A program made the translations under genes and the position numbers. Below are positions 50,249 through 63,543 of a DNA stretch of 64,000 nt, one piece after another. Origin of the DNA: the human T2T-CHM13v2.0 reference genome, Homo sapiens; NCBI RefSeq assembly GCF_009914755.1, contig NC_060938.1, one strand, 5' to 3'. The notes beneath the pieces were generated by a model. That model saw only the letters and a list, made by a program, of their open reading frames with translations. It had not been told where the DNA came from and made no database searches. The number at the start of each line of letters is the position of its first letter. The stretch's first letter is position 1.

Positions 50249-50533
50249 GTGAGTGCTCCGGCCGGAGTTTCTGAGGCCCTGGCTGCCTGGAAACAGGCAC
50301 TGGCCTCTCATCCTCGGCCTCCGGTGCCCCTGTCCTCAGACCTTACACGCTGCCAAAGTCTGGCCCTGGAAAAAAGGTAGCCACGTGGTCCGCCTGAAGC
50401 CACTCCGAATCCCCTAGCCCTGGACCCTCCCTTGCCAGCCCTCCTGTCCCTGCTACCTCTGGCACAACTGTGCCACCTCTGTGCAGCCCTATCGATCTAG
50501 TCTCCCCAGTGTTCTGGGCTGCCCCAGTCAACC

Positions 50534-50549
50534 AGCGCCACCTAGCGTC
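50534..50549 (-). promoter_or_regulatory. Candidate CTCF site in DHRS4 intron 1
   Basis: Minus strand GACGCTAGGTGGCGCT versus core CCRSYAGRKGGCRS; motif match only. Confidence 0.55.
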
Positions 50550-51366
50550 TGGGAAGACCAGAAACTGGAAATCCAAGGAAATCTGGATTTCAAAATACTA
50601 TCCCACGGCCTCCAGCACTTTGAAAATGTACCAGACATTCTATTTGGGCACCGGAAAGTCCCCCGGAACCCCTCCCCCTTACCTAGATGGGACACCAGAG
50701 CCATATGTCGAGATTTTTGTTTAGGTCGGTACATCTGGGCCGACCTTGCCCAGCCTGTTTCTCACCCACCATTCTTGTCTATCCTGGTCCTCATTTCTAC
50801 AGGACTTTGCTAGATGCCAGCTCTTCACAAAACTAAAATACAAATGTAGGTAAAATGCTAATAGCTGACAAATGCAAAATGTGTAACTCTTCCTCCCAAG
50901 GCAATATTTACATTTTTGACCGGAGACCATCTTTTCACATGCACCCCAAAAAATAACTAAGGATAGAATTTTGAGAATGATGTAGACGAGTAAGAAAGAA
51001 ACCTGGGGGCAGGGCTGTTCTGAGTGAGACCCTCAAATCACGGAAGTGGCTGCTGCTGCAAACCCAGCTCATTTCTCACCTCTCAGTCCCAAGAGGGGAT
51101 GAAGCCTGTCACCCATGGTGGGAACTGTAGAAAGTGATGTCAGTTCTTGGGAACTGAGGCTGTGGTCCAGGTCATAATAAAAACAAGTAAAGGAATGCCA
51201 AAAATGGCCATGCCATTAAGCCTGTTTTACACATAGTAGGCACACGTAGGGGTTATATAGAGAAAGAGCCAGAATTCAAACCCGGGCAGTCTTAACTTCA
51301 GAGCTCATACTGTCGACCTCTTCCCCTGCACAGGCCTTAGCAGTCTTTGTCTCTTTCTGCTCACAG

Positions 51367-51544
51367 GATCGGCTTCGCCATCGCCCGGCGTTTGGCCCAG
51401 GACGGGGCCCATGTGGTCGTCAGCAGCCGGAAGCAGCAGAATGTGGACCAGGCGGTGGCCACGCTGCAGGGGGAGGGGCTGAGCGTGACGGGCACCGTGT
51501 GCCATGTGGGGAAGGCGGAGGACCGGGAGCGGCTGGTGGCCACG
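51367..51544 (+). CDS. DHRS4: DHRS4 exon 2 ([28 protein letters not shown]...RERLVAT)
   Basis: Acceptor tctttctgctcacag|G, donor ACG|gtgagc; 178 nt, phase-compatible with exon 1. Confidence 0.97.
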
Positions 51545-52931
51545 GTGAGCTGCAGGGAAATGGGCACAGAGCCAGGAGGTGGAAAACGGAGCCAGCCTGA
51601 GCCTCCTTCCCTGCTTTCCTAGACAGCAGCACATTTTTACTGTGTGCCTTTCTATTATGTCCATATACTAACGTCAGAGAATCATCCCATCTCAGTCAGA
51701 GAATTTTAAAACATTCTAATGCTTCAACCCTGCATCATCCCTTGAGTACCCCAAAGAAACAGCTGGTACTGGTTCTGCAGTAATTTTCAATCTAATTGAA
51801 CAGATGTGAAGGGTAAATACAATCACAAAATACATGTTCCCACCCATGAGTTAATAAACATTCCCCTCTTCTTCAGCTTATAGAGTCAAGTCCCTGGGAA
51901 CCTCAGGAAGCAGCCCACCATGTTTCAGCCACTTACTATGTGCCATTTCCTGTGTTCAGAGCCTTACACAGGTTATCTCTAGACCTGACAACAACCCAAG
52001 CAAGGCAAGGACTATTCTCTCAGTCTGCAGACCCTGGCTCAGATAGCTGGAGCAACTTCCCAAGGTCCCACAGCCAGTAAGGAAAGACCCAGACCTCCCA
52101 GGCTCCCTTCCTTTATTGGCTGCCTGTGGACTACCGGGTACTGGACTTTAGTCTCAAAGAAAGTATATAAGTCGATGTCAGAATTAGTAGTGGACACCAG
52201 CCTTGCAGCTGCTGAAGCAAATATGAAGCATTCACAAAGGAAGCTCCTCTTCCCTTGAGGCTCACGGCATACACTTTATTTCCCAGAGTGGAAGGGAGAA
52301 TCTACCCAAAAATGGAAAGTACAGGATTCTGCTAACAGATTGGAAGGTTGGCAGAAATAATTTGCATAATCTTAGAAGAGGAGGATCTTAAGCAATAGTA
52401 GACAGTAGTATGGTAGACAGAATAGGGTAATTCCATTTTTAAGGAACTGTCTGGCAAATGCTCAAATGTGCATTGGAAAGAGCCAAATATGAGTCCAAGA
52501 AAGTCACAAATGTGAGTCCAAAAAAGCTTGGCTTAGGCTGATGGACAGACCCCAAGATTGGGGCCTTGATCCTGATGGTGGAAGGAGCCGTTTGGGAGTC
52601 TGGATCAATTAGCACTAACCATATGACATGTAGCAATGTAATGTGAAAATCCTCCCGGAAAAACATCCTGTGGCCCCCACCAGGTTCACTTAACATGGCC
52701 TACAGGCCTGGCCCAGAGGTGGTACTTGAGCTAAACCTTAAGGAATGGATGGGAATGGACAGATGGAATAGTGATGAGGTTCCAGATAACTCTGCAAAAT
52801 GAGCAGACAGCCAAGGAGGAACTGAAGGAAACAGAGGAGCACTGTCAGGCCACAGTGGAGAGCACAGGCTCAGGAGTACTGCTGGGGAAGGGGCTGCATT
52901 GGAAAGATAGAGGCCATGGGCCTCCATATCC

Positions 52932-54181
52932 TTTTTTTTTTTTTTTTTTTTTTGAGACAGAGTTTCATTCTTGTTGCCCAGGCTGAAGTGATATGGCACA
53001 ATCTCAGCTCACTGCAACCTCCGCCTCCAGGTTCAAGCAATTCTCATGCCTCAGCCTCCCGAGCAGCTAGGATTACAGGCATCCACCACCACGTCCAGCT
53101 AATTTTTGTATTTTTGGTAGAGACAGGGTTTCACCATGTTGGCCAGGCTGGTCTTGAACTCCTGACCTCAGGTGATCCACCCCCTCGGCCTCCCAATGTG
53201 CTGGGATTACAGGCGTGAGCCACTGTGCCCGGCCATAGCTTCTTAAAAGGATACGTTAAGGACCTTAAAAGGATATGGCCTCTTAAAAGGATATGTTTAC
53301 ACACCCTTGTAGCAAATAAGAAGCCATGTGAGGTTTTGAGCAAGAGAAAGATGGTTATTAGGAAAGCTAATCTGGCTCTGGTAGGAAGGATATACAGAGG
53401 AGACACCGAATCCAGGGCATCAGTGAGGAAGCTGTTGCTGTCCTCCAGGTTTAGAGCAGTGGCGGTGGGACTGGAATAGATGTGCCCAAGAGACATTCAG
53501 TGGAAACGAACCAAGATTTTCCAACCCCATGTCAAAAAGTGGGAAATAGAGAAGTCAAAAATGACTCTCAAGTAGTTTGTATGACCATTGTCAGAGAGGA
53601 GAATGATAGAATACTTGTCAGCAATTTGAAATGTCTTCTGCCAGTTGCCACATGTTACCCTGCAATGAGAAAAGCCACTTTCCTGAGAATGGATACTACC
53701 CAGTGGCCTCCTCATCTGGACACCACGAAGCTTCTCACTGGTGTTGTAAGTGGAAACCAGAGTAGCTGCCTATCTCCTTGATTATATTTTTTCTTAAAAA
53801 TGTATAACTATCAGAACACAGAACAAACAGCTCCTAACCGCTTTGGTGTAGTGATCACACAATTTAGAATAAGACTTAGAAGACTTTCCTTTTTTTTTTT
53901 TTTCCAGAGACAGGGCCTCCTTCTGTTGCCCAGGCTGCAGTGCAGTGACATGATCATAGCTCACTGTAACCTCGAAGTCCTGAACTCAAGCAATCCTCCC
54001 ACCTCAGCCTCCCAAGTGGCTAAAACTATAGGCATGCACCACCACACCAGTTCATTTTTTAAATTTTTTGTAGAGTTGGGGCTGTATTTCCCAGGCTGTT
54101 TTGAACTCCTGGCCTCAAGTGGTCCTCCCCACTGGGCCTACCAAAGTGCTAGGATTATAGGTGTGAGCCACCACACCCAGC
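52932..54181 (-). mobile_element. Two antisense Alus in DHRS4 intron 2 (52932-53233, 53890-54181)
   Basis: Poly-T plus antisense Alu bodies. Confidence 0.88.
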
Positions 54182-55619
54182 CTCATTCATCTTTTATGGT
54201 TTGCTGTCTCTGTTCAATCAAAACCCAGCCTCCTCCCATCTCTGTGCTGACAGACCTGGAAGGAGAGGAGTATGGGGTATACAGCAGAGTAGAAAATGTC
54301 TCCAGGTGATTCTAGAGCAATCCATTGTCTCCTCCCAGCCCAAACACATGTGTACTGAGCACGGCGCACATCACTTATTAACTTACTCTGCACCTCCCTA
54401 GTAACAAGTCCATTGGTGAGACTTACACAGAGCCAAGGCAGGTGACTTGGCTTTGTGCCAGGATACCAAAATTTAAAGGGTGCAAGAAAGTATTAATACT
54501 GGTTTTAAAAGATTATGTGACTGTAAATTTTGTTAGATTTACACATTGACAGCCCAGCATTCCTTCAACTGTCTAGAAACAACTGAGCTTAGCACCTAGT
54601 TAACAAGAATAATTAGTTAAAACGGGAAGCTAGCAGATGGTGTACATTGTTAGTAACACCCCTCTGTGTGCCAAATCCGGAGCACAAAGTTGACCGAGGG
54701 CCCGTGTACTGCAACTTGCCCAAGGCATCAAAATTGCCAGTTCCGGGCAAACGGAAAGTCTGGTTTCAGGGTGGCTTTGTACTGAAAACCCTTGTTGGCA
54801 GATTCTGCTTGGCCATTCATTACTCTAGCACAGGCCTCACTATCTACTTATAACTTATTAAGGAGGTGAGATGTTGCCTTTCTTCGCCTTCTCAATTTAA
54901 ATTTCAGTTTCTGCCTTGAATCTTTCATGCCTCCAGGTCAAAAGAGAGAGACAGAGACAGGGAAAATGACATCATAACCAAATATGGAATTGCTTTAAAT
55001 TCAGGCTGGTATCTTCTCCCATCACGGCTCTCCTGGGCAACCAGTTTCCTGATGACCCCAACTCACTTTCAGAGGGCTCTTATGAATTAGCTCTGTGCTA
55101 CAAAGTGGGAGACTGACCTCAGTTCTTCCACCACTAACTAGCTTTGTGCCCTGAAAACATCACTTCACCCCTCCCAAACACAGAATAAGCAGGCCTCCTG
55201 TTCTTACCTAGCCCCAGTGTGCCACTACTGAACTATAAGATCTTGAGAAAATTCTCTGAACCTGTTTCATCATCTCCACCTTAAGGACACTGGAATAGAT
55301 GATCTCAAAGGCCCCTCCAGGGTAACTTTCTACAGCTCTATTTAAGCCAGTTTTTCCATTCAGGTAAGTGTGGACAGATTGACTTTGAGATAATGGTAAC
55401 TTATTCAAGGAGAACTGGACAGTAAGCACTTGGAGAAATGTGGGTGGAACTCAGTGTGAAAGGAAGAGGAGGGGTCTGGAAATAGATTTTGGGGTGAGAC
55501 TTGAAATCATGAGAATGAAGGAGCTTCCCAAAGGGGAAGTGTAAAGAAAAGAGCGTCAGAGACAGCCTTGGAAGAATAGGAGGTGGGAAGAAAACACTGC
55601 AAAAGAAATAGGGCCAACT

Positions 55620-55900
55620 TCCTGGTGGGTCGCGCCTGTAACACTTTAGGATACTGAGGCAGGTGGATGGCTTGAGCCCAGGAGTTCCAGACCAGCCTGG
55701 GCAACATGGCAAGACCCTGTCTCTATAAAAAATACAAAAATTGCCCGGGTGTGGTGGCACGCACTTGTAGTCCCAACTACTTGGGGGGCTGAGCCAAGAG
55801 GATGGCTTGAACCCAGTAGGTCAAGGCTGCAGTGAGCTGAGAACATGCCACTGTGCTCCAGTCTGGATGACAGAGCAAGACTCCGTCTAAAAAAGAAAGA
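55620..55900 (+). mobile_element. AluJ (sense), followed by an antisense Alu monomer at ~56010-56151
   Basis: Alu bodies in opposite orientation. Confidence 0.85.
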
Positions 55901-56233
55901 AGCCAACCTTAAATGGTTAGCGGCAGATCTTAGGGTAGTTTTCAAAAAAGATGTTTTAAGAAATAGAAGTTATTTTGACGATAGTTCCTAAGTAGGAAGA
56001 TTTTGTTGTCATTGTTGTTGTTGTTTTTAATATAAAGATAAGGTCTCGCTGCATGGCCCAGGCTTCTCTCAAACTCCTCAGCTCAAGTGAGCCTCCCACC
56101 TTGGCCTCCCAAAGTGCCATGATTACAGGCATGAGCCACAGCTCCTTGCCCAGAAGGAAGTTTTTATCAACATGGGTAAATGCACCTCCCTTACTTACTG
56201 CAGCCCTGGTCCAGAACTTACCCCTCTCTCTAG

Positions 56234-56335
56234 GCTGTGAAGCTTCATGGAGGTATCGATATCCTAGTCTCCAATGCTGCTGTCAACCCTTTCTTTGGAA
56301 GCATAATGGATGTCACTGAGGAGGTGTGGGACAAG
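56234..56335 (+). CDS. DHRS4: DHRS4 exon 3 ([34 protein letters not shown])
   Basis: Acceptor ctctctctag|, donor AAG|gtgaga; 102 nt; SNAA is a variant of the SDR NNAG motif. Confidence 0.97.
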
Positions 56336-57090
56336 GTGAGAGGGGATTAAAGCAGGGGGGCCGGGGGGGGCGCCTTGGAACACATTCAGCACAAACTCCA
56401 TCTGCTTTTAGAATGCATTTCTCAAGGGCAGTGTAAATGTGAGGACTCTTTGCCACGTGCCACACACCTGGAGCACACCTTGCAAAGGGCGGGTGGGGGT
56501 GGCTCTATCCCTGCCCTTCTCATTCGTTTCTGCTACTCCTAGTTCTCTCTGCTTCTATCTGCTCTTCACTAGCCACAGTCTGCTCCTCTCCCCAGGCTTT
56601 TTCCCTGGCATGCTCTTCTGCCTTGTTGATTTCCAACAGAGACGTAGGCAGCTAATATGCCAACAACTACAACACTTAATTTACACACCCACCTGTCCCC
56701 TTTTCAGCTGACAAAAAGTAATTATTTTTTACGAGTTGGGAAATATTAAATGCTGCTCCTTATTTAAAATACTAATTCTGGTGAAATGACCAGTTGCCAC
56801 TTTATAACATACATCCTTTAAAAAAATAAAATAAAAACCTATATTATTTTCTTCTTAACTGCAATGTCAAGAAAATCTGAGATCCAGATGTCTAAATTCA
56901 AGTGGTAGAATATTGGGTTTTATGTGAAAGTGTATAATTACATTATATTCGTAATATATTTCACACACACTCTTTAATTACAAAGCTTTAATTAAAATAT
57001 TTGTCTTTGTTTATTAAGGTTAATATTCCCACATGATTGGGAAATGCTAATTTTTATGATCTCCCATGGTTCTGCGTTTTACACTGATGT

Positions 57091-57500
57091 TGTATTAGTC
57101 TGTTTTGCATTGCTATAAAGGAATATCTGAGCTGGGCAATTTATAAAGAAAAGAAGTTTGTTTTGGCTTACGATACTGCAGACTGTACAAGAAGCATGGT
57201 GCCAGTATCTGCTTCTGATGAGGCCTCAGGAAGCTTACAATCATGGCAGAAGGAAAAAGGGAGCAAGTGTGTCACATGGCAAGACAGGAAGCAAGAGAGA
57301 GATACCAGTCTCTTTTAAACAACTAGTTCTGGCATGAAGTAATAGAGTGAGAACTCACTCACTGCCACAGGGAGGGCACCAAGCCATTCATAAGGGATCC
57401 ACCCTCATGACCCAAACACCTCACACCAGGCCCCACCTGGAACACTGGTGATCACATTTCAACATGGGACTTAGAGGGGACAAACTTACCAACTATATCA
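57091..57500 (-). mobile_element. MSTB-like solo LTR in DHRS4 intron 3
   Basis: TGTATTAGTC...ACTATATCA; 5-bp TSD GATGT (57086-57090, 57501-57505). Confidence 0.85.
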
Positions 57501-57800
57501 GATGTCATCAAAATTTCTCAACACTAAAGTATCAGGTTGCCAAAATACTATGATTTATTTACCAGTGTTTCATACACATAAAGACCAAACTGCCAAAATG
57601 TTCTTCAGTGAGCTAGTTTTTGATTCTAGTTTGAGCTAGTTTGAGAGAAGGCTGGGCAACACAGCGAGACCTTTTCTCTATATTAAAAACAACAACAACA
57701 ACAATGACAACAAAACCTTCCTTCTTAGGAACTATCATCAAAATAACTTCTCTTTCTTAAACCGTCTTTTCTTCAAAACTACCCAGAGATTTGCTGCTAA

Positions 57801-58160
<360 letters not shown>

Positions 58161-58230
58161 TAAAATAGAGGAGCATCATTCATGAACAGTCTGAATAGAG
58201 ACCATATGAAAGTCAGTTTTAAACTAAGTA

Positions 58231-60546
58231 CAGGCACGCCTCAGAGATATTGTGGGTCTGGTTCCAGGCCACCACACAATAAAGTGAATATTATAATAAA
58301 GTGAGTCACATGAATTTTTTGGTTTCCCAGTGCATATAAAAGTTAGGTTTACATTATAATGATCATCTAATGGAAGTCTATTAACTGAGCAATAGCATTG
58401 TGTTTTAAAATATATATACGTATCTTAATTTTAAAATACTTTATTGCTAAAAAAATGCTGACAATCATCTGAGCCTTTACAACTTGTAATCTTTTTGCTG
58501 GTGGAGGATCTTGCCTCAACATTGATGGTGGCTGACTTAGGGTGGTGTTGCTGAAGGCTGGGGTGGCTGTGGCAGTTTTTTCAAATAAGACAGCAGTGAA
58601 GTTTGCCACATCAGTTGACTCTTCCTTTCACAAGAGATTTCTCTGTAGCATGCAATCCTGTTTGATAGCATTTACCCACAGTAGAACTTCTTTCAAAATT
58701 GGAGTCAATCCTATCAAACTCTACCACTGCTTACTCTACTAAGTACCTATAATATTCTGAATCCCGTGTTGTGATTTCAACAATATTCATGGCATCTTCA
58801 CCAGAAATAGATTCCATCCCAAGAAACCACTTTCTTTGCTTATCCGTAAGAACCAGCTCCTCAGCCATCTACATTTTATCGTGAGATTGTAGCAATTCAG
58901 TCCCATCTTCCAGCTCCGCTTCTAGTTCTCTTGCTATTTCCACCACATCTGCAGTTCCTTCCTCTGATGCAGTCTTGAACCCTTCCACGTCATCCATGAG
59001 GGTTGGAATCAACTTCTTCCAGACTCCTGTTAATGTAGATATTTTGACCTCCTCCCATGAATCACAAATATTCTTAATGGCATCTAAAATGGTGCATCCT
59101 TTACAGAAGGTTTTCAGTTAACTTTGCCGAGATCCATCAGAGGAATCACTATCCATGGCAGCTATAGCCTTACAAAATGTATTTCTTAAATAATAAGTCT
59201 TGGAAGTCAGAATTACCCCCGATCCATGGGCTGCAGAATGGATGTTGTGTTAGCAGGCATGAAAACAACATTAATCTCCTTGTACATCTCCATCAGAGCT
59301 TTTGAGTGACCAGGTGCATTGTCAATGAGCAGTAACAGTTTGAAAGGAATCTTTTTCTGAGCAGTAGCTATCAACGGTGAGCTTAAAATATTCAGTAAAC
59401 CATGCTATAAACAGATGTGCTGTTATTCAGGCTTTGTTGTTCCATTTGCAGAGCACAGGCAGAGTAGATTTAGCGTAAATCTGAGGGCCCTAGAATTTTC
59501 AGAATGGTAAATGAGCATTGGCTTCAACTTAAAGTCACTGGCTGCATTAGCCCCTAACAAGAGAATAAGCCTGTCCTTTGAAGTTTTGAAGCCAGGCATT
59601 GACTTCTCCTCTCTAGCTATTAAAGCCCTACATGGCATCTTCTTCCACTAGAAGGTTGTTTCATCTACATTGAAAATCTGTTGTTTGCTGTAGCCACCTT
59701 CATCAATGATCTTAGCTAGATCTTCTGGATAACTGGCTGCAGCTTCTACATCAGCACTCGCTGCTTCATCTTGCACTTTTATGTTACAGAGGTGGCTTCT
59801 TAAACCTCATGAACCAACCACTGCTAGCTTCCAACTTTTCCGGAGCTTCTTCACCTCTCTCAGCCTTCAAAGAATTAAAAATTAGGGCCTTTTACTGATT
59901 AGGCTTTGGCTTAAGGGAATGTTGTGGCTAGTTTGATCTTCTGTCCAGAACATAAGAACTTTCTCTCCATATTAACAATAAACCTCTTTTGCTTTCTTAT
60001 CATTTATATGTTCAGAGAAGTAGCACTTTTAATTTCCTTCAAGAATTTTTCCTTTGCATTCACAATTTGGCTAACTGGTGCACATGGTCTAACTTTCAGC
60101 CTGCCTCAGCTTTCAACATGCCTTCCTCACTAAGCTTAATTGTTTCTAGCTTTTGATTTAAAGTGAAAGATGTGTGACTCTTCCTTTTGCTTAAACACTT
60201 ACAAGCCATTGTAGGGTTAATAGTTGGCCTAATTTCAATGTAAATGTGTCTCAGGGAATATGGAGGCCCACAGAGAGGGAGAGAGATGAGAGAAGGGCAG
60301 AGCAGTCAGAACACACAACATTTTTCGATTAAGTTGACCTTCTTTTCTGGGTGTGGTTTGTGGTACCCCAAAACAATTATAATAAAACCATGAAAGATCA
60401 CTCATCACAGATCACCGTAACAGATACAATAATAATGGAAAGGTCTGAAATATTCCAAGAATTACCAAAATGTGACCCAGAGACAAAGTGAGCACATGCA
60501 ATTGGAAAAATGGCTCGAATTAATGCAGGGTTGCCACGAAACTGCA

Positions 60547-60588
<42 letters not shown>

Positions 60589-60623
60589 ACAATATCTGCA
60601 AAGCATAAGAAAATATGTGTCTA
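58231..60623 (-). mobile_element. Near full-length Tigger1 DNA transposon in DHRS4 intron 3
   Basis: TA|CAGGCACGCCTC terminus, degenerate far TIR followed by TA; ~2.4 kb; minus-strand transposase remnants ([40 protein letters not shown]). Confidence 0.92.
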
Positions 60624-60899
60624 TAACTTTTCTTTTAATTTGTATATTTTTTAAACTATCACAGTATGACAAATCCAAACATAATGGCTGATCCTTGATT
60701 GAACTCTGGACTTTAAAAAACACACACACACATTTGGGGGATAATTGAGGCCAATATGTTAGATAAAATTATCATCATTGTCAAACTCTTGGTTGTGATA
60801 ACAGATTATGGTTGTGTAAAAGAAAATCCTTACTCTTTGGAAATGTATGCTAAGTATTTGGGGATAGAACATTGTACTATCTGCAACTGAGTTTACTTA

Positions 60900-61209
<310 letters not shown>

Positions 61210-62094
61210 CTGAGTTTGTTTTTTTTTTTTAATTTACATTTTTTTATTTTTGTTCTTTGTAATTTTTGATTTTATTATATAAAATCTTTCAGAAAACTTG
61301 CAACTGAGTTTCAATGGTTCATTTAAAAAACTGTACAGATCTACAGAGAGGACAAATAGGACAAAATGTGAACAATTGGTGAATCTAAGTGAAGGATATC
61401 TAGACATTCATTGTACTTCTATCTCCAATTTTTCTGTAAGATTGAAATATTTTAATATAAGCAGTTGTCTAGAACAGTGTAAACAGGGTCATACATTTGT
61501 TTTAGATTATGGATGTGGGGATTCTGATTGTAGCCTGTCCCCCAGCTTCCCCAGAAGGTGACTCCTCATGATCCCACTTTCTAACCATGCCTAGCCAGAC
61601 AGTCCTTCCTAGAGGGCCAAGAACATCTCACTCCCTAAGCCCAGAAGCCAGAGAAGTGCTAGAACAACCCCACATATCCAAGGTCAGGCCACATTTTCCC
61701 TGAGAAGCATGGCCTACTCTAGGGCAGGTAGTCTAGGGCAGGTCCAGGAGGCTGACAATTCCAGGCTCTACCTACTTGGAAGAAACAGAGAAAACACAGC
61801 TCAAATCCAAAGGCCCCTTCTGGCCCAAATCATACTTGGCTGATTATGAAACAAGATGAACCAGGCTCCATTTTTGCTCACCTGAACCTAATGTATCAAT
61901 ATCTAGCTGAGCAGCTGGTGAGAGCTACTTCTCCCTGAACCTCAGTTCCTTCATGTGTAAGATGCAGGTATATCATCCTAAGATCTTCGTCAGCTCTGAC
62001 AAACATCCTAGGAACCCACTCTAACTCCTCATTTTTTCATGCCTCCTCCAGTGCTCTTCACTCATGCTGTTTCCCCTTCTTCTCTTGGCTTCAG

Positions 62095-62165
62095 ACTCTG
62101 GACATTAATGTGAAGGCCCCAGCCCTGATGACAAAGGCAGTGGTGCCAGAAATGGAGAAACGAGG
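62095..62165 (+). CDS. DHRS4: DHRS4 exon 4 ([24 protein letters not shown])
   Basis: Acceptor cttggcttcag|, donor AGG|gtacag; 71 nt. Confidence 0.96.
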
Positions 62166-62264
62166 GTACAGAGAGTGAGAGAGAGCCTGGGTGAGAGGGG
62201 ACACCACACGGGCTGAGGGCACTGGTCCACAATGGGAAGATGGTCAGCTCTCTTCTTTTTCCAG

Positions 62265-62316
62265 AGGCGGCTCAGTGGTGATCGTGTCTTCCATAGCAGC
62301 CTTCAGTCCATCTCCT
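62265..62316 (+). CDS. DHRS4: DHRS4 exon 5 (GGSVVIVSSIAAFSPSP; catalytic Ser169)
   Basis: Acceptor cttctttttccag|, donor CCT|gtaaga; 52 nt. Confidence 0.96.
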
Positions 62317-62615
62317 GTAAGAACCCTTTTGTCTACCTCTTCCATCCCACCCTCCACTCCACATCTTTCCACCCCTCCTATTACCCAAGGAAGTTTGTGT
62401 CCCCTTGTAGAATCACACCACCAAGTCCCTGCCCACAAAATAGATGCCTTGCCTCCACAAACCACAACCTAGGGGAGGTTTAGCCACAAGACAGTTCCCT
62501 AACTCTGCCCCTCCCTTACAGGAGATCCCTATTGAGCACTGCCCTCTATGTCTAGTTATTAGAACCAAGAATGACCTGGAAACTATGAGTCTAACACATT
62601 CTCTTCTTTCTCCAG

Positions 62616-62750
62616 GGCTTCAGTCCTTACAATGTCAGTAAAACAGCCTTGCTGGGCCTGACCAAGACCCTGGCCATAGAGCTGGCCCCAAGGAACATTA
62701 GGGTGAACTGCCTAGCACCTGGACTTATCAAGACTAGCTTCAGCAGGATG
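62616..62750 (+). CDS. DHRS4: DHRS4 exon 6 ([45 protein letters not shown])
   Basis: Acceptor ttctttctccag|, donor ATG|gtgagg; 135 nt; catalytic YxxxK (Y182-K186, 62628-62642) and IRVN..PG SDR motif. Confidence 0.97.
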
Positions 62751-63209
62751 GTGAGGAAGGGGAGCTTTGCATTTGACTGGGACCCCTTGAAAGGCATCCA
62801 TCTTCTTGGACAGGGAAGCCCACTACCTGAGTCCTGAGCTCTCAGCCACTCCATTCTCCTTCCCTGGACTTTCCCATATTCCCTCTCTGTACCACCTGCC
62901 CTATACAAGCCACACTCTTATCACACCTTTTCTGAGGTATAGGCTGGAGACTGAGGTATTCAGACTGTACTCACACTGTTTCCTCCCTCCTTACATGGAT
63001 GAGAATTGGAGAGACGCAGCAAAATGCATCACTAGAACCTGAAACAAATGAAACAGATGAGGGCAGTGGGGAGAGCTGGGAGCTAGAAAAAAATAGGAAG
63101 TGAAAGAGGGAAGTCTCTCTCCCCATCCCTCCTCTCAGTTACCATGAGGATGGGCAGTTTCTTCCCTTTCCGTTCTTCACTTTCCTCTTCTTAAACATAA
63201 AGAGATTTC

Positions 63210-63512
63210 TGGGTGGGGTGGCTCATGCCTGTAATCCCAGCACATTGGGAGGCCGAGGCGGGCAGATCACGAGGTCAGGAGGTCGAGACCATCTTGGCTA
63301 ACACGGTGAAACCCCGTCTCTACTAAAAATACAAAAAATTAGCCGGGCGCAGTGGCGAGCGCCTGTAATCCCAGCTACTCGGGAGGCTGAGGCAGGAGAA
63401 TGGCATAACCCGGGAGGCGGAGTTTGCAGTGAGCCAAGATAGCGCCACTACAGTCCGGCCTGGGCAAAAGAGCAAGACTCCGTCTCTAAAAAGAAAAAGA
63501 AAAAGAAAAAAA
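63210..63512 (+). mobile_element. AluY-lineage element in DHRS4 intron 6
   Basis: CpG-rich young Alu; perfect 17-bp TSD AAACATAAAGAGATTTC (63193-63209, 63513-63529). Confidence 0.94.
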
Positions 63513-63543
63513 AAACATAAAGAGATTTCCCTTCTTCCTGCAG

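Larger units (their letters stand above)
49850..50550. promoter_or_regulatory. CpG-rich, TATA-less, probably bidirectional DHRS4 promoter
   Basis: Visibly high GC and CpG; GC boxes GGGGCGGGG 50011-50019, GGGCGGG 50024-50030, CCCGCCC 50042-50048; E-box CCACGTGG 50381-50388. Confidence 0.85.

Noticed and set aside
50568-50591. 8-bp hairpin GAAATCCA/TGGATTTC
   Set aside because: Expected by chance at this length.
53241-53297. Triple TTAAAAGGATA repeat
   Set aside because: Small local duplication beside an Alu; no evidence of function.
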